Positions 36,194 through 48,384 of a stretch of DNA of 64,000 nucleotides are shown one piece after another. The notes beneath the pieces were generated by a model. It searched no databases, was not told where the DNA came from, and was given only the letters and a program-made list of their open reading frames with translations. A program made the position numbers and the translations under genes. The DNA is taken from contig OZ004612.1 in NCBI GenBank assembly GCA_963924565.1, positions 10,602,001-10,666,000 on the forward strand, given 5' to 3'. Each line of letters begins with the position of its first letter. Positions within the stretch are counted from its first letter, which is position 1. Source of the DNA: Ascidiella aspersa. Lineage: Eukaryota.

Positions 36194-36650
36194 CTCTAAA
36201 GGACTCCAAAAGGAGTTTCTGGTAGAATTTCAGTTCGATTACTAATAAGCATTCGGCAATCACCAATTTCAGTGAAAAGTTCGTTGCCATTGATGTCCGT
36301 GTCGTAGAAATTCTCAAAATCTACACAATTTCGATGCATATTGCATCCTCGTCTGTGTCGGATAGAAGAGTCTTGACGTCCAACAAATATCCAAATTTAT
36401 TGTTCAGGTCTTTTAGTCGTGAAGAACGTGTTGACATCTCTTGTTGAAACCGATCAAATAGATTCTTTAAAACGCGGACAATTTCTTCTTCTGATGAAGG
36501 TCTTAAATATTTTGCCAGTTCCCCAGACATTCTCTTACGTCACCGAGCTTTTTTGGGCAGATGTGTCTATTGCAGTTTTACGTATTTTTATTAATCTTGT
36601 CGACTTTTTTCATCTAGGTTTGTTTTTTTGTCAGCGGAGTATATCGAAGT
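36194..36650 (-). pseudogene. Degraded hAT transposase, upstream part (continues into 33404-33698)
   Basis: Frameshifted fragments MSGELA..EEEIVRVLKNLFDRFQQEMSTRSSRLKDLNNKFGYLLDV. Removing the Buster insert and one TSD restores SPLEFFGFILFYGDDVFP across the junction. Confidence 0.75.
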
Positions 36651-37932
36651 AAGAAACAAAAATATATAATACTCGCGAGCTCTTAGTCAATATTTAACTT
36701 TATGTAGTGATTTTAATGGTTTAGTTTGGTGTTCATTCTGTTTTTTGTTATGATATCATACACTGTACATTAAAATTACACGTGTAGATGACTGAAGACA
36801 TTGTTCATGGATTTGCGAGCTTCGCTCCTTATTTTTAATAGTTTTTCAGTTGCTGGGCTATATGAATGCTACATTTTACGACCAGTCACGGCTATATTTA
36901 GTCGGGACAATATGCTATAGTTGTAAGTTGTGCAATTGGGTTGGGCACCACTACTACGCCTGTGCAAACTCTGTTTTTTTGCCCAACTTTACGATTCAAA
37001 CTTCAAAAAGGTCTGTTATATTTACTTGTTTTTTTCCTGGTTCGTTAACAATTATTTTTAGCACAAAGTCGCTGTGAGTACCTTTGCATGTTTTGCGACG
37101 ATATAACGTCCATAAAAGATATAACGGTCCTATGCAAATTATAGTTTGGCCACCTGTTTTTAGTTAGATCAACCAAATAAACTGAACAGTTTTCGAGCTA
37201 CGTGCGACCAACGAAGCACTTTACTATTTTTTATGTTGTCTATCTAATATGTAATTAAAAAATACTCAATTGGTTGTTGTAGGGGGGCGAAAGCGCATGA
37301 CAATTACCAAATGGGGGCTCGGTTTAATAAACGTTAAAAAACACTAAGCTAGACGAAACCAACTGCACGCAGAATTAGTATCTTGGCTGATATACTAAAC
37401 TGCACAAGAAACGGAATGCTGATTTTAAAAACTTTAATAATATTAAAAAAGTACATCACCCAAAGTGTTATTAAACAAAATACCGTTATTGTGGCCTAGA
37501 AGTAAGTTATCATCACATAAATGTATATGTGTATGCTGCCACCTGCCAGCACAAGGCATATCAAACTTACACCCATCCATTAAGTGAGCTTTGTTTATGA
37601 AACTCAAACGGGCTCACAATTAAAGTAACATAAGATTAAACTAAAGCAAACTGAGAATCCATAGGAAAGGTTTGGAAAAGCTATTGAGGTATTTAGTTAA
37701 TTGAATTAAATAGCAATATGGGTACAGCTATGTCACTATTGCAAGGTGAAGGTTGGATTTGGCACCTGATTAGTGCAAACATACAAACAAATTAAAACCA
37801 TATATCACACAAATAAAAATGGAGGAATAAAAAATATTTGATAAAAAATTTATTCAAATTAAAAAGAAACAGATAAGAGGATTTTTTTAATTTTAAATGA
37901 ACTTTTTTTCTAAGGGAACAACTGTAAATTGA

Positions 37933-39700
37933 TCAGCAACAAAAATCTTTTTTCCACTTTTCCAACAATTGTGTTGTTACTTGTGTTCCCCCACAAACTA
38001 TTACTAAAATGTTTTGCACTTTTTTAAGCAGTTCATTTTCATTCTGTAGTTCAAGGAAATAGTCGTTGTAGAAAACAGACAAAGAAGCAGCACAAGCTGG
38101 CTCAACTAGAACTTTTTCATCATCTATAAACAGAGCAATTAATTTAGTTTAAAAATATTCTTAAACCAACTATTTAAGGCAGTGGTTCTCAGCCGGAGGG
38201 GTGCCGCAGCTCTCTAGGGTTCTTTTTTTAATGCTTAAGGGCGCCAAGAGATAGGTTAAATTATTTAGGATTCATTTTATTACTTAATTAGTAAGCTTCT
38301 TGTTGCACAGTCAATGTGCTGTTTCAATCTCGTTTATAGCAACGTTACAGTAAACCACTCAGCAAAAATACAAGCAAGGGGCCACGAACTATTTATAATT
38401 TCTTTCCGCAAGCCAAAAAAGGTTGGTTCCGCAAGCCAAAAAGGTTAGGAACCACTGATTTAAGGCATTGGGTAGTATATAGACCAGTGCTTTTCAACCT
38501 TTTTGCTGGAGTGGAACCCTATGGAAACATTCCACTGACTCGAGAAACCCCAGTGCAATAATTCCACTGGGTCAAGGAACCTCAGTGTAATAAACACAAC
38601 TCAATTAGCTAAACAATCTAGAAATTGCGGAACCCCTTGACTGTACTAGCGGAACCCTCGTTGAAAGCCACTGATATAGACTATGCCATGGTAAAAGTCC
38701 AATTTAATACAAATTAATAACTTCATCAAAGTTGTATTCACCTAGGAACTGGCACATGCTTGAAACCACATCTTTATCTGACACACAACAAGAGACAAGA
38801 GGGTGATTCTTGAAAGCATCTAATGCTGCTTGACACACAGTTTTGGCTCCAAGCGATTTGGCGATGCTGTTAATGACAAATAAAAAAGTTAAATACCATG
38901 TTTATACAAGTTTAGTAAATTAAGACGAATTATGGCGGTTGTAAAATAAAAATGAAACAGCTGTCAAACACTGAATACTTTAATTATTTTAATATGGAAC
39001 CAGATTTATAAATGTGATTCCTCTGAGTAAAATTACAATAAGTACATTGATTAACAAAGATACAAAATACTTACCTATCTATGCCTGGCAGAGTTATCAA
39101 GTGTCCGGCTTTTATGGCTTTATTCAGACTGTCGGCTCCAAATGTTTCTGCAGCTAGAACAACAACGTCATTCCATCCCCGCGCTTTCAAACCTTCCACA
39201 ACACCACAAAGCAAACCACCACCTCCAACAGAACAGACCACCAAGTCAGGTTTTTCTTCAAGCTCGGAAATCACACTGCTGTGGCCCTTCCACAGTAGAG
39301 GGTGGTCAAATGGTGGAACATACGAAAACCCATCTTTTTCTGCAAACTGCAGGGCTGCCTCATTGGCCTCATCCCACACTGCCCCAACTACATTCACGTT
39401 GGCACCTTCCTCTTTCAAGCGATTCACAGTTAATTCAGAGGTGGTTTTAGGGACAAATATGGTTATTGGAGTGTTAAGCTTATTGGCAGCATAGGCGGCA
39501 GCAAGACCTGCATTGCCCCCAGAAGAACACACCAGCTGCTTGCAACCAGCTTCAACAGATTTTTGGCACATATACCCGACACCTCGAATTTTAAATGACC
39601 CGCTTGGTTGACAATTTTCGAATTTTAAATAGACTTTGCACCCAACTTTCTTACTAAGTACATTGCTTTGCCTACAAGGCGTTTTGAAATGTAGACTCAT
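37933..39700 (-). CDS. SDS: L-serine/threonine dehydratase (SDS/SDSL family); exons 39700-39075, 38866-38742, 38123-37933
   Basis: PLP lysine motif YLKFENCQPSGSFKIRG, SSGGNAG, PPFDHP, SVGGGGL, SIAKSLGA, LVEPACAA, VIVCGG. GT-AG introns are in phase. SDS and SDSL cannot be distinguished. Confidence 0.92.
38180..38457. mobile_element. Buster-type hAT MITE in SDS intron 2
   Basis: TIR cagtggttc/gaaccactg; perfect TSD atttaagg (38172-38179, 38458-38465). Confidence 0.88.
38485..38673. mobile_element. Second Buster-type hAT MITE in SDS intron 2
   Basis: TIR cagtgcttttcaac/gttgaaagccactg; perfect TSD atatagac (38477-38484, 38674-38681); ggaaccc repeats. Confidence 0.88.
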
Positions 39701-40444
39701 GTCTGAAAATAGCCCCTAAAAGAAAAGAGGGGTGTCAAAAAAAAGAGCATGTATTATGTATACAAATACAACAAAATTTGATTGAGGATATTGTGTAGTT
39801 CGAAAACAGTCATAATGTAAAAGTTGGCCAGAGAACTTACAAGTACTACCCAGATTGGAAACCTTAGTGTTCAACTTTTGGATAATAATTCCGAAAGATG
39901 TAAAAGCGGCTTAAAATTGCGCGGCTGCAATAAAGTTTATGCCTAATTTTGCGTGGCTTACAGCTGGGCTGCATCATGTTATTCCTTTCCCGCGAAATAT
40001 ACAAAATTTCCAATCTTGGCCAACAGCAATGCAAATGTAGTGCACCAAATCTACAGCTATTTGTTTTCACAATATAAATAAAGACGTTTATTTGGTTGGG
40101 TAATCCCCTTAAATATCTTAATATTATTGCTGTTAGGTTATTATAAGCTACGCATGGCATCCTTTAATTAAATGTATTTCTAGACTTTACGCCGAAATAG
40201 AGGCGCAACTAAAATAATACTCTATTGGAACGCATGAAAATATTTAAATATGCCGTCACAGCGACGTTATAAAATAAACAACTTTAAAATGACCACTGAT
40301 CTTGAAACCATAGAGATCAGTGGGATAACATTCACAAAAGATCAACTGGCACCTCAGTTTAAATAAAATTAACTAAATAGTGACAAAATGTTAATTGTAG
40401 TGGTTCTTCAGCTGGGGTCTGCGGAACCCTGGGAGGCCATTAGG

Positions 40445-41308
40445 TAGACTTGCCATACGTCCCGGTTTTGCGGGGACAGTCCCGGTTGTAAGGCCTTGTC
40501 CCGGTGTCCCGGCCGGATAATCAATTTGTCCCGGAATTTTCAATTTGAGGGTTACAAAAAAAATGTAAAAATTTCTTTCTTGTATGTGGTAAGTAAAAAA
40601 AATTGAAATGGATATTATCCTTCCGGTGCTGGGAGATATCTTTTTGAGGAAGGTAAGCGAGCGCGGTCGCAAACCGGTCACCGTTAAGCAATTTTTATTT
40701 TCAAGGATTTTTGTCACGTATGACGCAGTTTAGTTTAGGTAAACAATAGCTGTTGCAACTTAAAGTGTAACGTTTGTTAATAATTCTGGATCGATAAATG
40801 CAACGGGTTAGCCTACAAACAAAATTAAAGTCATAACATACCGATTGCCTTAATAGAAATAAGTTTTAATGCTTTCAACTTAAGACTTATATGTTTAAGA
40901 ACTTCTTGATGTCTGTTACCGCGCAAAATTTAGGTAGAGCTTGCAAAATTTCTCCATTAATGCGGCGGTTTTAATTGTAACCAATTTTCAGTTTCAAACG
41001 AGATTTTACTTACGTTGGACGCAGTATGGTACCAGGATTACGTATTTTGCTGAATATCACACAATGCGCTGTACAACTTAAGGTTTTACGTTACTGAGTG
41101 GACGTAAAAGATGTTTGACGTGCTTAGCCGTTGGGAATTTAGTCGTTCCATTTCAAATATTCACAAATTAATTGCGATTTTGTTTCAACAAAATGTAAAA
41201 TTTTAGTTTGCGAAGACGAACAATTAGATGTTTCACAGTCACGCACATAAATTCGTTAATTTATAACAAGCCATCCGATTATATGCTGCTTCCACACATC
41301 AGGCTAAA
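40445..41308. mobile_element. Truncated second copy of the 10759-13171 Blackjack-like hAT element
   Basis: Begins tagacttgccatacgtcccgg and is colinear with 10759-11972 (e.g. ctggatcgataaatg, gcttagccgttggg, tgctgcttccacac). It is broken at about 41310 by another hAT terminus (cagggatgtccaacc). Confidence 0.85.
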
Positions 41309-41821
41309 GCAGGGATGTCCAACCAGCGGCCCGCGAGTCGCATTGCGGCCCGCCTGATGTTTACGTGCGGCCCACCACCTTTTCTAACTTTCAGTAGCGT
41401 TAAACAAATTGTTTTGACTATCATCAAAACGTGTGGAACGCGCAGTATTTGATGTAGGCCTCATCTTATAATTTTCCAGAGATTATTATGGAGTTTAGTG
41501 TAACATTTCAATATCCATCAACACTTGTGCATCCATTATTGTTAAGCAAGATTAGTGTTTTTCGAAGTGTTTGTTTTTGCGGATCGTTTTCAGGAAATAT
41601 ATAAACCCAAGTCTGTCGTGCCATGGCACGATACGTCATGTTAACTCAATTTTTCGTCCTTTGCGCGATAAGGCCGAGATTTACTTGCATATAGACGAGT
41701 TCACTTTGCGTTCACGCCGTTCAGTGCTATGTAGACTATAGTTTGTATATTCATACCGAACTTAATGTTATAGTAACTTTTGCACCCTATATTATTAATT
41801 TTCTCGTTTTATTCATTAAAG

Positions 41822-42316
41822 CAGGGGTGTCCAACAAGCGGCACGCGACCTAATAAAAAATGGCACGCAAGTCCCCCAAAAAACACTAAAATTGTTATTT
41901 AGTCAATTGCCAAAAAAGCTCAATTTGCTATTCAGCCAATTGTCAGAAAATACTAAGTTTGTTATACAGCCAATTGCCATTGTTTGTTCACAATATAAAA
42001 CAATCGCGGCAATCGCGACAACCAACAATTACTTTTGATATAGTCACATTATACTGTGTGGAGGCTAGCTTTCACATAATATTATATAGCTTGATGTGAA
42101 AAAACAAGAAGTCAGTTAACCGAAAACACTTTGATGTAGTGATGCGCATTTCTACTAGACATTTTTTTCAAGTTTAAATAAACGTTTTTACTGTTTTCTT
42201 TTTTTGGTAAAAAAGCGCTTTTATTATTATGTTTGGTTTGGTTACGAAAATTTGGCACGGGAAGAAGTTATAAGATAAAAATTGGCACGCCGGCATGTTT
42301 GAGTTGGACACCCCTG
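41822..42316. mobile_element. Buster-type hAT MITE (495 bp)
   Basis: Perfect 14-bp TIR caggggtgtccaac/gttggacacccctg; perfect TSD cattaaag (41814-41821, 42317-42324); ggcacgc subterminal repeats. Confidence 0.92.
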
Positions 42317-44947
42317 CATTAAAGGGTTCCGCAACATTATTAAGGAGGCCCGCAAGGTGAAAAATTGGGGAAGAATTGGGTTAGGCTCCATTTTGTTCAT
42401 TTATATTTACGCATTTTTAATCTACCTTTTATTCTTAAATTTCGTTATTTTGTTTATATATCTTTCATTTAATGTAATTAAATTAATTAATCCTAAATAT
42501 AGTTTTAAAAAGGGCAAAAAAATCAAAAATCATATTTTTGCCCCTATAGGCTACGGCGTTCCGGCATCATTTTTATTTTTTTTCACCGAAGTATAACCAC
42601 AGTTCAGAAAAAAAAAAACGTGGCCGTACTTTTGGATTATTTCTATATTTAGGCTACAATTATAAATAATTCTAATAAAAATGGATATATTGCGATATTT
42701 AGAGAAATCTTTCGATTTGTTGATGTAGGCCTACATAACATAACTATAGAGTAGTACAACCAGATATGTATCGCCGTTGACAGAATTCTGCTAATGACAG
42801 AATTGACACAGTTGGGTATGTAGTTGGCAGGTAGGCTATCCAGTAAGGAACTGCAGCTGTTACCAGAGTCTGTTTCTTGATCAATAAAATGGCTTTCTCA
42901 AGAAAAAGGCAGCTGTACAAGACTGGAGCCTTTTAAACCATTGTGCTCCGCATCCTCAACACGTGATTTCTATGTTTAATGGGCCACTTGTTGAAAGGCT
43001 GGTGTGACGCATATCGTTTATTTAATCAATGGTTGTAGCCCACATAAAGTTAGGGTAGGTACGGTACCTACCTATAAGTGTGCAATTTTAAACAAACTGG
43101 TTTAGCTTAGTGAGTATTGTAAATGCATACCATTTTCTAGCGATGTAGTCAGAGAACCATGTACGGTATAAGATTTAGATTTAATACGGTTTTTTGTTTT
43201 TAGATTATTGTTTGTGTTTCGTAACATAAACAGTAAACAGTTTTAACCTGAATAAATGTTCACCACTAATTTATCAAAACAGAAATTTCCCCGCTATAAA
43301 CACCTTTGTAAAACTGTTAAACAGCTCGGTAAATCGTGATCATTAGTTCAGATGCTATCCGTTATATAGGTTTCAAGGCCCAATGGATGTTTTACGCTAT
43401 ACTGTCGTACATATCATGTACGAAAAGTCGTTGGATCACGATGTACAACTTTTAAAACATCTTTTCCACATCTGTAATTGTAAATTGGCATTTCGTTTTT
43501 TGGCCCAACTCCACTTACGAATTATTAAAAACGTCATTTAAATTTTTTTATTGTTACATTTTTTAGTTGTCAAGGGTGTTTTGTAATACTAATACTGTAT
43601 TATTAGTTCATTTTCGATTTGTTAAGATCGATATCGACAATTTTTTTTTGGTTAATTGCACTGGAAAATAATTTTAGGGTATAATGCCTAAATTGGATTT
43701 AGTGTCGTAAAATATTTCATCTTTAAATTTTCTGTACAATAATTTACAAAAATATACCTTTAATGTACAAAACTCTTTATTGGGTCGCATAACATACCGG
43801 CAATGACGTAATGTACAAATTTATTGTTCATCGAATCATCTTCAACCTAGTATTATCGGACATAACACTACCCTTGAGATATATAGATAACGTCAATTTG
43901 AAAACACGATATTTTTTGTATCCTTTGGGAAGTTCTTGATACCTTTCTCGTTATGTTTAAGACAAAAAATAGAAGTTTTGAGCAAAAAAAATTGAAATTT
44001 TGACAAATTTTTACATTTAAGGGATACATCTATTTATTCATCGTATTGTTGTAAGAAGCACCGCATGAGTGTTTATATGCGTCGTTTTTGATGTTTTACT
44101 GACTACGGTAAAATACAAATTAGTTATTTGTTCAGGTTTATGCAAAACTATTTTTAGTCATATCTACAAGATAAACAGCTATAAAAATGCCAAAGAAAAA
44201 CAAGACGCTGGTTATTTTAGAAAAATGTTGAAAACAGTTGAAATACAGGGTGAAAATAATTGCAGAAAATTATATCTAAGACCTAGCATGTTGTCGAAAT
44301 AGTAAATAAGATCATTGCAAATCACAAGCGACAAAACACAGGGACAATAATGTCCAACACATTGGTCCAAATCAGCGATACACAACTCTCCGAAGCAAAA
44401 TCGAAATTAGAGCTGAACTTAATGCGGTAAACCTGGCCAGGGTGGTTCGCATATACCGTAGAAACCTGTAATAAAAAAATATAATACCGGTAAAAGGTTG
44501 TTGAATGTAGTTCAAAACTAAATTTTGATAAAATTTAAACTAAACGACAGTTTCAAAAATCTGACTAGCGTTTATTTTTAATTTTGTAAACAATATTTGT
44601 GCATTTTAAATTAATTTTGACTTGAAAATATTTTGACAATTTTTGACCTATAACTAGAAAATTTTTGACGAAATTTTTGAAATTTTTTACCAATCGAAGA
44701 ATATGAGCCTACTAAAAAATGTTTATTTGTCGTTTCAAAGGCAAATAAAGTGGCGAAGAATCAGCGAAGAACGGTGAAATAAGTCTCGAGGCAGTTGAGC
44801 ACGAAGATGTAAGGAATTTCCTAAACCAAACATTTAAAGTTAAGACGTCCGAAGACAAACAGTACAGACAAGACACGATGCAAAATATTAGTCATACAGC
44901 TAAATCTATAGTTGGACGTGTTATATACCACCTCTTAGGGCTTAGGC

Positions 44948-45589
44948 CAGGGATGTCCAACATTTTATTATAGTGGGCCGCATTGACACTTGAAATAATT
45001 TAATGGGCCGCAGAATCTATTGAGTTTCAAGATTAAGTATTGGCCTTCAAGGCCCGTTTACACTACAGCTGCACTGAGCTGCGCTGGGCGTAAATTGCAT
45101 TTAAATTCTATTGTGGCGAGCGTTTCACGCTTTGCTAAACTCAAGCCCCGTGCAGCAGCTGCAGCTAGCTTAAAGTTACGCTTTGCTTAACTCAAGCCCC
45201 GTGCAGCTGGAAAAAAATACGCTTTGGAGCGATTTACACGCTTTGCTAAACTCAAGCCCAGTGCAGCTATAGAAAAACATTACGTTTTGTCGCGATTTTT
45301 ACGCCCAGCGCAGCTCACTGCAGCTGTAGTGAAAACAATTCCACGCCCAGTGCAGCTCAGCTCCGCTCAGTGCAGCTGTAGTGTAAACGGGCCTTTAGAG
45401 TTATAACGGGCCTTTAGAGTTATATATATATATATATATAGTTTTACCCATCTAATACTATTGGTGCGCCCCTAAAAGCTGACTGGTACATTTTAATTAG
45501 GCTAATATTGAACTTTTAAAATACTACTTGGGAGTGAAAATGACTAGCGGGCCGCACAAAAATTTCATGCGGGCCGCAGGACATCCCTG
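44948..45589. mobile_element. hAT MITE carrying a nested Harbinger-like MITE
   Basis: TIR cagggatgtcc/ggacatccctg; near-TSD gcttaggc/g-ttaggc; gggccgca subterminal repeats at both ends. Confidence 0.8.
45050..45394. mobile_element. PIF/Harbinger-like palindromic MITE
   Basis: 30-bp perfect TIR aggcccgtttacactacagctgcactgagc; flanks tca/tta (TWA-like); three internal copies of acgctttgctWaactcaagcccMgtgcagc. Followed by a 19-bp tandem duplication and (ta)n. Confidence 0.8.
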
Positions 45590-48384
45590 GTTAGGCGAAT
45601 AGTTACAAAGGAAGTAACATTGCACAGATGCAGAGCGGTAAACCCATTTCACAGCGTCAATTTCAAAATTGCCCACTGAGAAATTGGCATATTGCTGATA
45701 TCACAAAACAATGCTTTACGAATTATTATTATTCATTGATTGTGATGCGAGAATCTGCACTTGGTGCGCGCTTGGCTAACGCCGGGGACAAGCCTCAATC
45801 AATCCCTCTTATTCATTATTCAAGTACAAGTTTTTGCGTTAGCGCAAGGGGCCCGGGGGATTGCCAAGCCTATAAGATGAGTCGGCAGGGTAAAGCAAAA
45901 CGCCAATGCGTCGGAATGTCGTAAGGACAGCATAAGCAACGTGCTGGTTACCGTACGCATACTTAAGGTGCGGCAAAAATGCGGTTTTGTGTTCGTCGTA
46001 ACAGCCGTTTCGGCAAAATAAAATTCGCAAGACACCGTGCGTTGAGTTTGAGTGTGGTTATAGCGTTTGTAAAGTATGATTTTAGATTTAGAAGAAGTGG
46101 CGGTCTATAATTGCCGTAATCGTGTCTTACTTTATTGCGAATTGCGTTGTGCAATATTTGTGCCGCTAGCTAACTTGTGCTGCATGAAGCTAAGATATTT
46201 ACCGATAAAGAATCAAAATCAGCACGAAATTTAAATATAACTTTCGACAACAGACCCAGCGTAAATGCGTCAAAACCCGATATGACAAAGCATGAAGATA
46301 TTTCCAGGTTGGCAAGAAGTGTGGCCTTTCATGGCTGAAACTCGACACCAGTACACCCAGCAGCCAATTATATTGCCTATGAATATTTAAAACCGTTTTA
46401 GTCGCGCCTGCAGTTGTAGTCTATCAGCCATCGAAGTGCTTCGTTCCGTACGATGTCTTCAGGCCGCTTGATTAACTCAAACGCATCGCGAAACGAGGTG
46501 CGAGAGACCGCTTTGGCACTGCTGTTGTCGGCAACAGGTGGCTTAGCGCTGGGTCTGCAGTGGCCCAACATGCAATGCAGGTGCAATTTTTGCTGGAGGT
46601 TGCTGAACCGAAAACTGCGTTAAACGTCGTTGACAGATTACGGACAGCATGTTGCTGAAAGGAAAGAAAAGGTTTCGAGTACTATTGTTCGCAAACACAA
46701 AGGTGTTTGTTTTGACAAGGTGTACGTTACACTTAACTTGTTGTTCTTAATAACTATATTTTATAATATGCTTTAAAAACAGTAAAATGCTTGACGATTT
46801 TTACTGTTGCTGTACGGCTATTTGGTACCGTGTTCTAGTAGCTTTCACTGAATCATTTTGATTTCGTTCAGTAATTTAGGCGATGTTAGTTAGAAGAGAA
46901 CTTTTGTAACAAACTGCGATTTTACATTCGTGATGTGTTGTTGCTTCCTTTCTTACATAATAAAAAAGGTGCTTGTAGTGCGCTGTAAACAGTTCGGATC
47001 AAACAACTTTAGTTATTGACTATTGTGGGTAACTTGACGCCTTGAAATGGTTTCGACTTTCCCGGAGATGTATGTTAGTCACAAGGCAGAACAAAACATG
47101 GAAACAGTCATCCAGCACATAGACGTAACGTGCGCTACATACAGCATACAGCCAGTATAGGCTCTCAGCTGCCAGCAGGTCCCATTAGGAATATATCACT
47201 ATGTTAATTATACGAGCGCTCATGTTCGGTCGACGTTACTGTTGTCTGTACACATGTGCGGAAAAATCAGAAAGGTCTGGGCGAAGTATAGTCGATTAGT
47301 CGTATACCTTTAGTAAGCCATTGTTTCAAATATTTGTATGGTTAAGCAGAAATGAAGATTTGTCTCCTTTTATCGATTAACTTACCAATCATATAATCCA
47401 TCTTATATTCATAGTAGGCTGTGGAAATTATATTACTCTTCACCGCGAGTGATTCTATTTTATAGAGAACTAAAGCCTATATTATATAAAGTTTGAAATA
47501 AATGAGTCGACATTTTCCTTTATCTTACTATTCACAAAAACACAGTGTTCATAGTTCCCGACTGTTTTGTGATCAATAACTACAACGGCCTTCCGTGACA
47601 AATAATTACCAATAGTAGGCCTATGTGAATTGACGAACATTAGTCTTGTAGTGACGGTAACTTGAGTAGCTGAAATAAAGTATTGGAGCGCAGTTGATTT
47701 AGAACCAGTTAGATAGGGAAGGAAAACAATTACTGTTGGTTTGGACATTAAACAGGCAGAACCAACGAGTTAAAATTGCAAAGACAAGATTAAGTCACAA
47801 GAAAGTTCGAACTAATCAGGTTATGGCAAAACTTAATATTTATAAAAAAGATCTTTTGCCCTTCTAAGAAATAACGAAATCAGTCGTAAATCAATATTTA
47901 TTCGAATAAAGACGAAATATGCCTCAATGGCCAACTATATTTATATTAACTTCTCCTAAAATGTGGCATAATTAATATAGAACAGTCTAAAGAACAATCA
48001 GGTTACGGTTTAATTTAAGGAATAAATATTTGGACAGGTTTCGGAAAACTTTTTTAGGACGTTTCGTGTTACTGTTAGGTGCAATTGGCTTGGGTTATAT
48101 CGCTAAACCATTTAACTTGATAAACTGGCGCTGTAATATATTGTTGTGTTAAACACACCTAACCATCGCATAGCGAGAATGTTTCAGTTTTTGTATGTTT
48201 CTTAATCGCACAACTGTCTATATGTCTAGCCCTAGCGGATTGTACAGTAACCACAGACTTTCCAGATTAAAAAAACTACATTTTTTGTTGATTTATTGTT
48301 TACTGCAGGTTCGACTTGTTCGAAAATATCCAAGATCCTGATAAGCGATGCCTGTGTTGGCGAGTTGATTATTATAAGGTGTAA

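Noticed and set aside
36491-36520. ctgatgaag as another hammerhead core (also ctgacgaag at about 53912)
   Set aside because: No helix II followed by GAAA. The first lies in the degraded transposase coding sequence.
39081-39494. Plus-strand ORFs of 137 and 102 aa
   Set aside because: Antisense to SDS exon 1.
44278-44400. Similarity to about 62157-62280 (aagacctagcat..gtccaaat..gatacacaac)
   Set aside because: Probably an old dispersed repeat fragment, too diverged to classify or bound.
45127-45268. Three spaced 30-bp direct repeats resembling a CRISPR array
   Set aside because: Internal repeats of a TIR-bounded MITE in a eukaryotic genome, with unequal and related spacers and no cas genes.
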